Shown here piece by piece: positions 25,234-36,126 of a stretch of DNA of 64,000 bases; within the stretch, counting starts at the first letter, position 1; every line of letters begins with the position of its first letter. This stretch comes from Marsupella aquatica (Eukaryota > Plantae > Marchantiophyta), in contig OZ316893.1 of assembly GCA_973895155.1 (NCBI GenBank), positions 11,982,359-12,046,358 of the forward strand. The letters run 5' to 3'. Both the position numbers and the translations under genes were made by a program. The notes beneath the pieces were generated by a model. That model made no database searches. It was given only the letters and a program-made list of their open reading frames with translations, and had not been told where the DNA came from.

Positions 25234-28200
25234 TCAATTCCTACCATTCATTTCTAGAGGAACTTCCATTGAAGTTTCTTGTTGATAATTTCTAATTATG
25301 CTACCTTCACCTTCTTGGTCTTTCTCCTCCTTGAGAAATTCTGAGAGTCGTATTTTAATACGATCTATTGTTTTCTTGTAAAGAGTATCAGACCTTGTTA
25401 GCATAAAATTATATGCAAAGACCGTAGTTGAAGACAGATCAAGGTCTTGATGAAACCAAACTGGTTTCAAGGTTCCCTTGCCTTGTCCACTTTTCTTCTT
25501 CTCGTAACTCAACACTTCTGGCAGATATTTTCCTTTCCAAGGGTCGGATCCTTTCTTTGCTGCATGCCACAAAACTGAGATAATCTTTGGGATGTGAGCC
25601 TCATCGCGAAGAACAATTTTTTCTACTTTAGCCACCCAAAATGATTCAGACTTCTCTCCGGCCACAGAAATAAATGTGTTGATTTCCAAATCCGAAAAAT
25701 CACCTTCCATATTCTCCTTCTCTGCATCTATCTTTTCTTGATTTTGATATGGACCAACATAAATTTCTCTAGTTGGACCGTACACTCTCTCTTCAATTTC
25801 TTCCTCATTCAATATAGTTGTAAGAGGTTCAGCTCCGAGATGAGCTTCAACATTTGTATCCCCTTGTGCCTTGGGCCATTCAAATGGAGAGATCAAAGGT
25901 CTTTCTTCAAGCAAGAGAGATCGATTGAATTCTCTTTGTTCCTCAAAAAAAGAAGTCCACCAAACAACTTCTTCTTCCGAGAATAATATCTGAGCTGCAA
26001 ATATACCTTTTTGAATTTCATTCAAACAATCATCCATTTCGGACAACGTCATTTTTCCTGAAGATGATACATGAGCTTGATTTCCCGCCCTTCCGTCATC
26101 TCGTTTCTTGTCTCCTTTCTTGATAAGTGGCATCCCATCAGAGCACCCAATCACCTTTGGTGGCATGTCTTCTTTCAACAATTTAACACCTCCTTCTGGT
26201 TTCCAAACCGTGTCGGTGGAAAATGTCTTCCCCCATTGTGTTGGAACTTGATCATCTTCACAAGCAAAAGAAATTTTATATTGGTGATGAAACGTAACAT
26301 TTCGTATCCTTCTCTGATCAAAGCAGGCTCTGAGAAAGCAAATTTTCAAAAATCATATGTCTCATTTAAAAGGGTAATTTCAGGTTGGGGTTGGTAAGAT
26401 TCTTGAATAATCTTACATAAACTATCATAGGTAAAGGCCTTAAATCTTCCAAGCCTTTTTGAGAACTACTAAACATCTGATCTATTTGATCATGGGTGTG
26501 TCCAACTAAGAGGAATCCAAGTTTGATTTTTCGAAATACCTTTTTTTGTACTAGCATGTGAAGATATGTGAAAAGTAAATTGTTTTTGTTTTCCCTACTT
26601 GTATTGTCAAGCTGAAGGTAAAAAATTGGTGGAAGGCCCCCATACTTCTCTTAATATTCTAGGAATACTCTTTGTAAAATAGTAATGGTAAGATTTCCAT
26701 CATTATGGAGAATTGGATAATTAAGGAACACCCTAGAAAATAGTGCTCCGTGGAAAAGAAGACAACCAACCACGTGCATTTGGATTAAACAGGACTCATC
26801 AACGGATTTTGGAGGACGTGGCCAATGGGATAATCTAGTCTTTTTTTGATCCATTCCATCAATCACAACTCCCAAATATTTTCTGGGTTTGTGAAACATT
26901 TCTTTCGATGCTTTGCTAGTTTTTCCCGCTCTTTCGATTGTTGTTCTCGATGTTTTTGTAACATTATTTCTCCTCTCCCTGCAATCAATCCAAAAATGGT
27001 AGAGCAAAGTTGTTAACTTGAAATTCCGGGTGAAATTCATTCCTAATGTTTACCCATTACTCAATTGATTTCCTGACAAATCTAATACAAAGACATGTTC
27101 AAAACAACAAAAATGAAAATGACTTATGTTTTTCAGTTTCCGAGACTCCTTTGTCTCGAATCATTTTGAATTCTTCACAGTCCGCACAAGCACTAAAACG
27201 ATTCACAGGAGGAATCTTGACATGCCCAAAGTCTTGTGACCATACTTTCAAAAATTGCCGATATGATATTTTGGATGACTCATCAGTGATCACATAGCTT
27301 GAATCATATATTTTCCAAACTTCTAGTTTGGAATAATTATCATGCAAATGTGAAACATCTTTATTTGGTAGAGTCTCCACACGAGTCTAAAAAAAAGACT
27401 TCAACCAAGAACGCAATACCAATGTTCTCACAGATGGAGGTCGACCAGCCGGTCTAGGATAAGCAAGATCTTGATTGCCTAGCTTCTTGATCCTATTCAA
27501 TCTCTCATTTCCTACACAAAAGACCATCTTGAAAGCTTTCCTACACACATCTCTTTGTCCAATCATGTATGTGACATTGGACCTCCCCTCTTCATTTCCG
27601 TCTTGCTTGACGAGCCACTACAAAGATAAAGACGGGGATAAAGATCGATCCTGAGATTTTTGCCTCAAAAAGTTGGAGCGTGCTTCACGAATTTGTTTTG
27701 GTGAAAGACTCAGGAGACAATGACGTTGACAACAGTACTTACGATTTGTCTGCTTGATATCCTCCTCTGTCATCTTTGTTTCACACAAGCTGAGATTTGA
27801 CGGTCGTTTATTAGCCATCATAACTCTCTCTGCAAGCTCTCCATCACTCTCAAAAGAAGATTCTTCGATTGAAGAAGATATATCCACAAGTTTATCAAGT
27901 TGGTATGCAGACAAACCCCTCCTCACCCGCCCTCGAGCAGGCCCTTGAGGACTCAATGGCTCTTCCTTCACTCTCAAAAGGAGTGAGTTTGATCGATTTC
28001 GATCTGAATTCCCAAAGAAACCACCTTCGGTTGACTCTCTTGGCCTCTTGTTTGGAATCTCCTCAAAGACCTTCTTCTTGCCCTTGTTGTATATCGACTT
28101 AGATCCGCTTCCAACCTCAGCCAAACGATCAAAGTTCCCTGGAGATCTTCTCAAATTGATCCTCTCCTTGTTTGAATTAGTCTCAGTTCCAAGCGGCCTC

Positions 28201-28727
28201 CTTGTTTCCGCTCTCACTCCTTCTTGAAATCTGAAAGATGTAGGACGAGAATACTCACTCTCTTTCATTGTTGCATGTTGCACACCACGACTTTCCCGGA
28301 GTGCACAAAAATCCACTTTTGGGCTTTCACTGGGCATTTTTGGCACATCTCCAGATCTGGCCTTCATGAATTCATGAGTCCTCTTTTTCAGCTCTCCACT
28401 ATGTTGAGGGCCTACAGAACGCACACCCAATTTAACCCCCCTTTGAGAAGGATTCGATAATACTTGACGGCCAGGGGGACTTGTACTCTCAGATGAGTCC
28501 GAAGAGTCAGAGTGCTCACTAAGACAAGGACCAAATACTTTTTGCTGAATATTTGGTACACTTAGAGCCTTTCCTTTCAACTTACTCATTGGAGTTGGGG
28601 GAAGCATCTCCAAAATAGTGGTTTTACTAGGAGCATCTGGAGAAGTAACAGGACAAGGACAATCCGGGAAGGAAACATCATCCGAAATACCATCCGAATA
28701 ATTGTCTGACTCATAACAGGCTACCAT
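25234..28727 (-). pseudogene. Sola-like (DUF7869-type) DDD transposase; decayed, with intron(s)
   Basis: Motifs CCQRHCL, VCRKAF..G.ERL, RFSACADC, H..QQSKERE, YLGVVIDGMDQKKT, FYLQLDNTSRENKN and GFLLVGHTHDQIDQMFS. Premature stops near 27618, 27388 and 26651, frameshifts near 26880 and 26465, and an intron near 27123-26979. The superfamily call rests on motif similarity and the 4-bp TSD. Confidence 0.75.
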
Positions 28728-29769
28728 TTCAAAAATTGCACAAAACTCACAAGGGAACACCTAGAACACCAAATGAACTCAAACTGAAAAATAGAAATGA
28801 GATAGAGTCATGAATACGAAGCCCCTTTTATAGATTTTGGAAATAACTCAAAAACTTAATTAGCAATAAAATAAGAAAAAGGGCCACGCCCTTCATTAGG
28901 AATTAGTGGCAAGGAAAGAAATCTTTCATGAACAAATAGTTTATTATTTCTCCAAATCTCACAGGTTTACTTATGTTTTCAGGTTTCTAATACTCATTAG
29001 AGTTCTTGCAGACTTGGTTAATTCATTCCTGTGAAGTCGTCTCCTGAAATATTGTGAGGCTTCTCATAATTTTATTTTTTACTTTTAGCATATGTTTTCA
29101 TGCCAAACTCTTAAGATAGTGTATCAGTAATGCATTGGTCATTTTTACCCCATGTTTTCTTTGAGGTTTTTGGAGACTATTCAATTGCAACCAAAAATGT
29201 TTTCGATGACCCCTGTTTTTAGGGGTTTTCTTGGTTTTTCTTGTATTTCTATTACCCATGGTATTGGTTATTTTTGGCCCAAATTTTGACTTTTCACTAG
29301 ATTCTTTCAAAATGATACTTGATTCCCTTTCATGAATTCATGAAGGGTTACGACCTTCCTGGATTCCTGAAGTGGAGGTGGCGAAAGCTTCATAAATTCA
29401 TGACCCCAAAAATTAGAAAATGCTAAGTTTGAGACAAATTGGACTGTCAGGTGCTTGGAGTGTGGGCGTGCATCTGCAAAGCGCGAACGGAAAGGAAGCT
29501 TGGCGAAGAGCTATGGTGGGCTGAAGCTTGGTGCTGTGGAAAGCTCTTCCCTCAGTGATTGGTGTGGTCTGAATAGGAGTTGGGTTGAATCCCTAAACTG
29601 GAACTGAAAATCGGGGGCGGACCAACATCTGGTGCAGCTCTGTAATTTCCTGGCTGTTGAGGCGCAGATCGGTCGTGGAATGGAAGATTAATCGTGGAAG
29701 AGAGTGGAAGAAATTTGGTTAGGAGATAGCAAGATCAAAAGCTGTCGTGCAAGTTTGCGCTCAGGAGAG

Positions 29770-30215
29770 AGTTTTCGGGGAGGGATTGTCGAAGGCCTGG
29801 GGAGAGGAAATTGGCAAAGTTCGTGGGAGGGAGGAGAAAATTTTGAAGGCCAGGGGAGGGATGCAAAATTGGCAAAGGCCGGGGGGAGGACAAATTGTTG
29901 AGGCGCAGCCGGGGGCGCGGGGAAGAAGCGCCAGCCTCGGGGAGGGAATTACTCGAAGCACCGGCCAGGGGAGGAAAAATTGGCAAAGGCCTGGGGGAGG
30001 AAATAGTGTTGAGGCGCAGGCCGGGGGGAGGAAAAAGTGTCGAGGCCGGGGGGAGGAAAATAGTCGAAGCGCCAGGGGAGGAAGAAGTTGGCGAAGGCTG
30101 GGGGGAGGAAGAAATTGGCTAAGGCCGGGGGGGAGGAAAATTGTCGAGGCGCTGCGAGGGAGGGAGCAATAGTCAAAGGCCGAGAGAGGGAGTTTTAGTC
30201 GAAGGCCTGGGGAGG
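29770..30215 (+). repeat. G-rich degenerate minisatellite (~28-30-bp units, xxGAAGGCC(T/G)GGGGGAGGAAAAT) between the divergent genes
   Basis: About 15 imperfect units, each with a G4-G7 run, and strong strand asymmetry. Confidence 0.8.
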
Positions 30216-30512
30216 ATCGACCATTGCCGAATGGACGAGGTCCAAATTGGGGAGGACATTGCAAACGACATTAAGTGGGGAGGGGTCGATCAGCTTAGGC
30301 ATCTGCCAGGGAGGTGAAGGAGATAAGCTAAGCCAAAATCAGGGATAAAAATACCAGTGACACTCTTCTAAGCGGGAACAACAGGCGCTGCAAATTCAAC
30401 TTCCGACTCCACTGTCAAGGTAAGAACCTTGCTTCATGAAAACCTGAATTTTGCACTTGAAAAACAAACAGAGCTGACTTTGCATTGTTGGACTTGATTT
30501 CAGGAAGTCAGA

Positions 30513-33500
30513 ATGGTTGAACCAAAATCACAGGAGAAGGTATTAGACGCTATTTTCGTTGAGCATCCTTTGACAGATTTTGGAAACTCTTCCTGGACAA
30601 TATCATTGGGTACAGAATCGTGGAAGAAGCCTTTTTTGATGTTGTGCATCTACGAGACCTTGCCTTATGGAGGTCTTGGTTGGGTGAATTATGGCCGGAT
30701 TGATGTCTTTCGACGAGGGGCTGATGTCCTCAATATGCTTATCACAACAAAGGAGACATCTACACTGATTGCAGTTGACAGTGAGAGATTTTCTGGAAGA
30801 GCTGCACATTGTTACTTGCCTGATGACATTGAGATGATTATTGAGAAGGTGAAGAATCTGTCTGCAGAAGAAAGCTACGATGAGATTGCAGAGCTCATTG
30901 CTGGTTTTGTGTTTGAACATCATGCCAGCACATTGAAGAGTGCAATTCGAAAGTCTAGGGAGATTCTTCGAAAAGCAGCAGAGAAGAGTGCCAGTGCCCG
31001 TCCACCAAAGTCTGGTCCTTCTTCTGCTCCTTCCGGATCTCGTCCGAGTTCTGTCCCAGCGAGAAAGATGGTTGTTACATCTCCAATATCTGGTGCTGGT
31101 TCACAAATTGCAAGATCACAAGAGGGGACAACTATGACTAGAGGATCAGCACAGGGCACTGCCGGTACTCGGACTTCATCAAAGAAACGTGGACCAGAGG
31201 GTTCTCAAGGTGCAAGACCAAGTCCACCAAAATCCAAGAAGCAGACGTTGGAAAAAGTCCCCACTCATCTGGAGCAAAAGGCTCAATCTATGTCTATGGA
31301 TGCTCGAGTGGTGTACCAGGAAGGGATTTTGATGAGGTGTGGAGTTCAAGAGGAGACAATCACAATTGACATTGCACAACTTCACCCACCTGTCCGTGAG
31401 AAATCTTTGGAGTTGCCACTGTACCAAGTAAGGCATATCCAACCCTACTTTCTTACACAGTTGACAACAAGGATGAAAGCAGCTGGAGCTAGTCCATTGG
31501 CAGCACCTTTTGTTCTCTTGGTTGATCCCAAGGAGTGCCCAACTCGAGCTGATTTTGATTTCTCAAAAAAGAATGATTACCACTATTACGTGATTGGGGG
31601 AAATCATTCTGCTTGTGCAAAGGCAGACCTGGCATTACAATTTCCCAACAACAAGTCGTACAGGAGAGTACAATCTTGGATCTTTGCAGGCTTGTCTATC
31701 CAGGAAGCAAGGAACTTAGCTTGGAATCATAATATAGACTCTGAATTTCGTCAACAAATGAGCACCATCCAAAGAGTGAATTACATTCACACGCGATTTG
31801 TAGAGAATGGAGCATCATCAAATGTTGATTTCAAGAAGGAGTGTGCCACTGAAATCAATCTAAAGGACTGGGGTGTACGTAAAGATTCTGAGGTTATGAA
31901 TGCCAATGATAATTTATTTCAATTGGCATTTCATAAGGATCTTGTTTGGTCTTTCATACGGCAGATATTTGACAGATGGGAGAATTGTGAGATAAAAGGA
32001 CAGAAAGGAGATAAGACCAAGAAAAAGATGTCCAAGTCTGGAGATGCTAAAATGCTATGTGAGGATATGAAGTTGACTGAGTGGAGACACATGCAGGCAT
32101 TGAAAGATCCGGACATGATCTGTCCAGTGCTACAAAGGGTTTTGGCAAAGGAATTATCTCTTCAAGAGATGGGACAGGAATTTCAATGACACAAATTCCA
32201 AATGCAAGTTCAAAAAGCATTTCTTACCTGTCTTCACGAAGAGAGTTGGAAGAATTGCAAAACCAAGTACCCAGAACATTGCACTGATAATGTGCTGAAG
32301 AATTTTGTTCCTGTCTTCCAGACTTGGGTAAGTTTATTTGAGATTGACTGAGCATTTATTTTACAGTTTTATTCTTAAGTATGTAGGAATCTCATGTACC
32401 CAATTTTGTTTTCTCAGAAAGACAGCAGCTCCCGGAAAAAGAAGGGAGAGACTGAAGAAAGCAAAGAGTTGAAGTCCTTCCCAGATAAGTTCAATGCACA
32501 TATTGCACAAGCACAGAACTGGTTGGCAATGAAGAAATCTTGCCAAGAGACCCGGGAAGTGAACTTCATCCTAATGCTTTTGAGCATCCACAGTTTGGGG
32601 ATGTGTACTATGATATCTTTACACACGATGCTCAGCGGTTGCACGAGGTAATCCCATCATGAGCTTACACATTGGCTTTGGCAGATATTCCTTATGGGTT
32701 TGGAATGATTGCTTGTCTTCACTAAGACAATGTTGGATGGGGTGTGGAAGAGGTGACCAAGATGGTTCAGTCCTTCAAGGTTGTCACCAAGGCAAATCTT
32801 TGGCGAATTATCATTCATCATAGTATTGACCAGTATGATGCTGTCAAGACTGTCTTGAAAGCTGAGTGTAATGGTGGTTTCCAGAATTGTATTTGGTAAG
32901 AAACATTTCAAAAGGTGAATATGTTTTTTTGGTGTTCATGATTTCATGATGTTTGATTTTGAAACAAATCCATAATGCAAGTTTTGGTTTTTGCAGGGTG
33001 AAAGACAATGTTAAGAATGCAGGAGGTGCAAGGCTTAACAACAATTTTGAGTGTTTCACCATTGGTTTTCATAGTCAGGATGGGAAACGGTCTGTGGAGC
33101 ATTTCAATTTTGAGACTAATGAGTCTCGAAATAATGTGGTTGTGTGTCCAGCTGTGACCAATAAGTTGAAACACAACGGGGACAATAAGATGGTGAACTT
33201 TTACCAGAAGCCAAGAGTGTTATTGGATTGGGAAGTTACCCACTTTAGCCAGGTTGGAGACTGGGTGCTAGATATTTGTTCAGGGTTAGGCACATGATTG
33301 TCTTCCTCTTTGGCACAAAGAAGACATTGTGTTGCTGTAGAAATTGATGAGCGCCAGAGCAGTGTCTTGAAAGGGAGAATTCTAAACCTGGTGGACAACA
33401 TTGAGGAAGATGATGGCAAAGGCATGGTGGATTTAGATGTTGATGTTCAAGAGACCATTCTACCAATACCAGAGATAGGAGTTGGAGAGGAGGAAATCAT

Positions 33501-33555
33501 AGGACTTGACTCTTCAGGAGTTGTTGGAAGTGTTGAGGAAACAAGAGATGATTAG
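30513..33555 (+). pseudogene. ParB/Srx-like domain fused to a beta-class N6-adenine/N4-cytosine DNA methyltransferase (N6_N4_Mtase-like); intron-containing; decayed
   Basis: ParB-like segment IDIAQLHPP..YQVR..PFVLLVDP..YYVIGGNHSACA. MTase motif IV LALADIPYG (DIPY at 32684-32695), then CIW|VK, NNFE and FYQKPRVLLDWEVTHFSQVGDWVLDICSGLGT (motifs X and I), then RHCVAVEID. GT-AG introns near 32328-32417 and 32896-32997, plus a 5'UTR intron at 30420-30503. Stops at 32187 and 33295 and a frameshift near 32570. Confidence 0.82.
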
Positions 33556-34572
33556 CTGAGGATATTTCTGTAAGACATTTTAGGGTTGTTGTAGTTGCAT
33601 AGAAGTAGACTTTACTTGCAAGTTTTGAGATGTCAATTGCCTTGGAGCCTAGACTATGATATAAATGATTGTTTTTGACAGGTCAATTCTATGAAAATCA
33701 AGTTTTGAATATGTTTTGTCTCAAACATTGACGTAAAGTCTAGTTTAAAATGCAAAGGGTGAATGTCAAACAAATATGCTGATTTTATTGCTTGTTTTAG
33801 GACTACATTTCTAAAAATCATAATTTTTTGGAAAAAGGAATTAAGGCCTTAGACCCATCCTTTAAGGCTTCTTGTTCTAGTAGGGTGTTAGTCTTATACA
33901 CTTAGTGGAATCTTTAGCCCCACTTTGGTTGGTGGTTTCCTTTTGCTTGTGGGGGACTCCTTGGCTTGTTAGGCCTCTTCTGTCCTTTCTGGGCTTTCCT
34001 GTCCCTCTTCCCTTGATTGGGTTGCTTTGCCTTTGGGAGCTTGTCTCCTGGTTTGGCATTTTTGTTCTTTTCCATTGTACTATAATATGCACTCACAATA
34101 AGACATAGACAAGAATGCAGTAAGGGGTGCTTGTTCAATCTTCATGTAACCAAAAGCTCTTTCTTCATCGATGGACTTGGGAATGTCAGCACCTCTCACA
34201 CTAGGGCAAGTGCAGCCAGATGCAATGGGAGGCTTTTCTTGTGCTGGGCAAAGAGGTCTCCTTAGAGGGAAATCAGCACTTCCACAGAATCCAGTGTAGC
34301 GTATCAGCAGGTATTTTCAGTCCCTTAGTAAAGCTCTGCTGGAAGTACCTCAAAAGCCACACCTTTTGCAGAGAAACCTGACCAGAACATCTAGGAATCT
34401 TTGAAAAAGGATTATGCTTTCCCGATTTCTCACTCACATTCATCCAACTGCTTAATTCCCTTAACCCAGCCAGAAATAGCTTCTAGTACGCTTTATGTCC
34501 TAAAACAAAAGCCTGAGGGTATTTGTTTTGGACGTCTCCCAACACATGGAGGGGATAAACTCTAGTTAGAGA

Positions 34573-34739
34573 GGTATATGCTTGATGGACCCAAAACCAA
34601 TGAAAGTGTTCTTCACAACCAACCCCATGAGGTTTTAGGTACATTGATTAAGGTCTATCATGGTCTATCAATGGTCTAGATAACTCATGGGGTTCATCAA
34701 GAAACACTTGTCAGTTTTGGGGTCCATCAAGCATATACC
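34573..34739. mobile_element. 167-bp fold-back MITE-like element
   Basis: GGTATATGCTTGATGGACCCAAAAC...AACCCCATGAG pairs with CTCATGGGGTT...GTTTTGGGGTCCATCAAGCATATACC. TSD not evident. Confidence 0.75.
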
Positions 34740-36126
34740 ATTCAGCATTTTGGGGGTCTCTGTCACACATTTCCAAAACTAGCGTGTAGATACTAGACAA
34801 CGTGAGAATGCTCTTTGCCCATGAATGATCTCAGCAGGACTTTGTTGCTCTAGATGAAAAAAATCCTATTTACAAGCTTAACTTTGTGGCAGCCACCAAA
34901 GTGCAGCTCCCACACTTAAAAAGGCACCCTTTGAGATTTTTCTCTTTCTACCTTTTGGTGCTTTTTACAGAACCAAGAATAGACAATCCAGATGAGGAAA
35001 TGATTAAACTTCTCCTCTAATATTTACTAAAAATAATATTTTCCTTGTGATCAACGAACCTGGTACGAGGCATGGTGGGCAAAAATAGCCCCTCAAAAAC
35101 TGGAGCTAAGGCCTCATTTCGCCAGGGCTTAATTGCCCTCATTGCAGTGTCACCCGGGGTTACTACTATACACACACTAAAATTTAATTTCGGGCACCCA
35201 TCAAAGTAGTGTGGCTCTCACACTAGCCTAATTGAAGTTAAAGGCAGTGATAGCAGATCGAGAGTTTTTGTAGCATATGTTTGGAGTGAGTTCTCTAATC
35301 CCCCCCGACAGAAAGAGAATCCTGGGAATGATTCTTTTACCAGACATTCCTCAGGCAATTCTTGAACAAGACAAACTCAGAGCCACCCATCATCAGACGT
35401 CACCTGCATCCTAGACAAACAAATCTCGCGTGAGGGCGAAAGCGGCACTGTACAGTCGTCACAGCAGTGACCTCAATTCAGAAACCTTCGAAATTGTCTA
35501 TGTGAGATCCCTCCCACCTCTTCTTTGTCCTCCTCCACTCAAAGCTTCACTCTCTCCCCCTCGCTGAGGTGCGTATGATTCTACGTACTTCATTGATCAA
35601 GCTCACTTTCTCTACAGCTTTCTGAGTTTCTCTCTACGTACCCGTCGGCCAGAATTGTCTGCTTGATCCGGGACAGTGTCTGATGATCGATCATTCAGTC
35701 CTGCTGGATCTTGCCCATGGGCTAGACTGTGAATTGAGAGAAATGTCATTGTCGACGAGCTTAAATTAGTTGCAGCTTGTCACGACGAGGAAGGTAGATC
35801 GAAGCTAGACGGATCACACAGAGAGGGGATTGATCGGTGGCCCGGAGAAGCAAGCAAGCAAGCGAAGCAACCAATCAACCAATTGCATGCGGAGGCTGGA
35901 GTGTGTTGCACATGAGCAAACTCCGTCATTCCGCCGGAGACGGTGTCGTCACTGTCGTCCAAACTTCATCCAACGAGCACATTATGCGGATGTACAGTAG
36001 AAAGCTCGCTCGGTGGCTTCGTGATTGCTGATCGATCGAGGAGGGAGAAAGGGAGGGAGGGAGGGAGGGATTCGAGGTAGCGAGGAAGAAGAACAACGAA
36101 CGGTGGTACGTAGCGTGAGGAGAAAG

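Larger units (their letters stand above)
24568..33876. mobile_element. 9.3-kb Sola-like TIR DNA transposon carrying a ParB-like/DNA amino-methyltransferase gene
   Basis: Left CTAG|TACACGAAGCCTTAAAGGATGGGT (24568-24591). Right ACCCATCCTTTAAGGCTTCTTGTT|CTAG (33853-33876). The TIR matches at 22/24 positions and is flanked by CTAG at 24564-24567 and 33877-33880, a probable 4-bp TSD (palindromic, so the boundary could shift by 1-4 nt). Encloses two divergent genes. Confidence 0.88.

Noticed and set aside
29704-30264. Overlapping Gly/Arg- or Pro-rich ORFs
   Set aside because: Translations of the G-rich minisatellite, with no domain signature.
30513-33555. Bacterial or phage contamination, or a restriction-modification system
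   Set aside because: The gene has spliceosomal introns, sits within eukaryotic TIRs among plant genes, and has no partner endonuclease.
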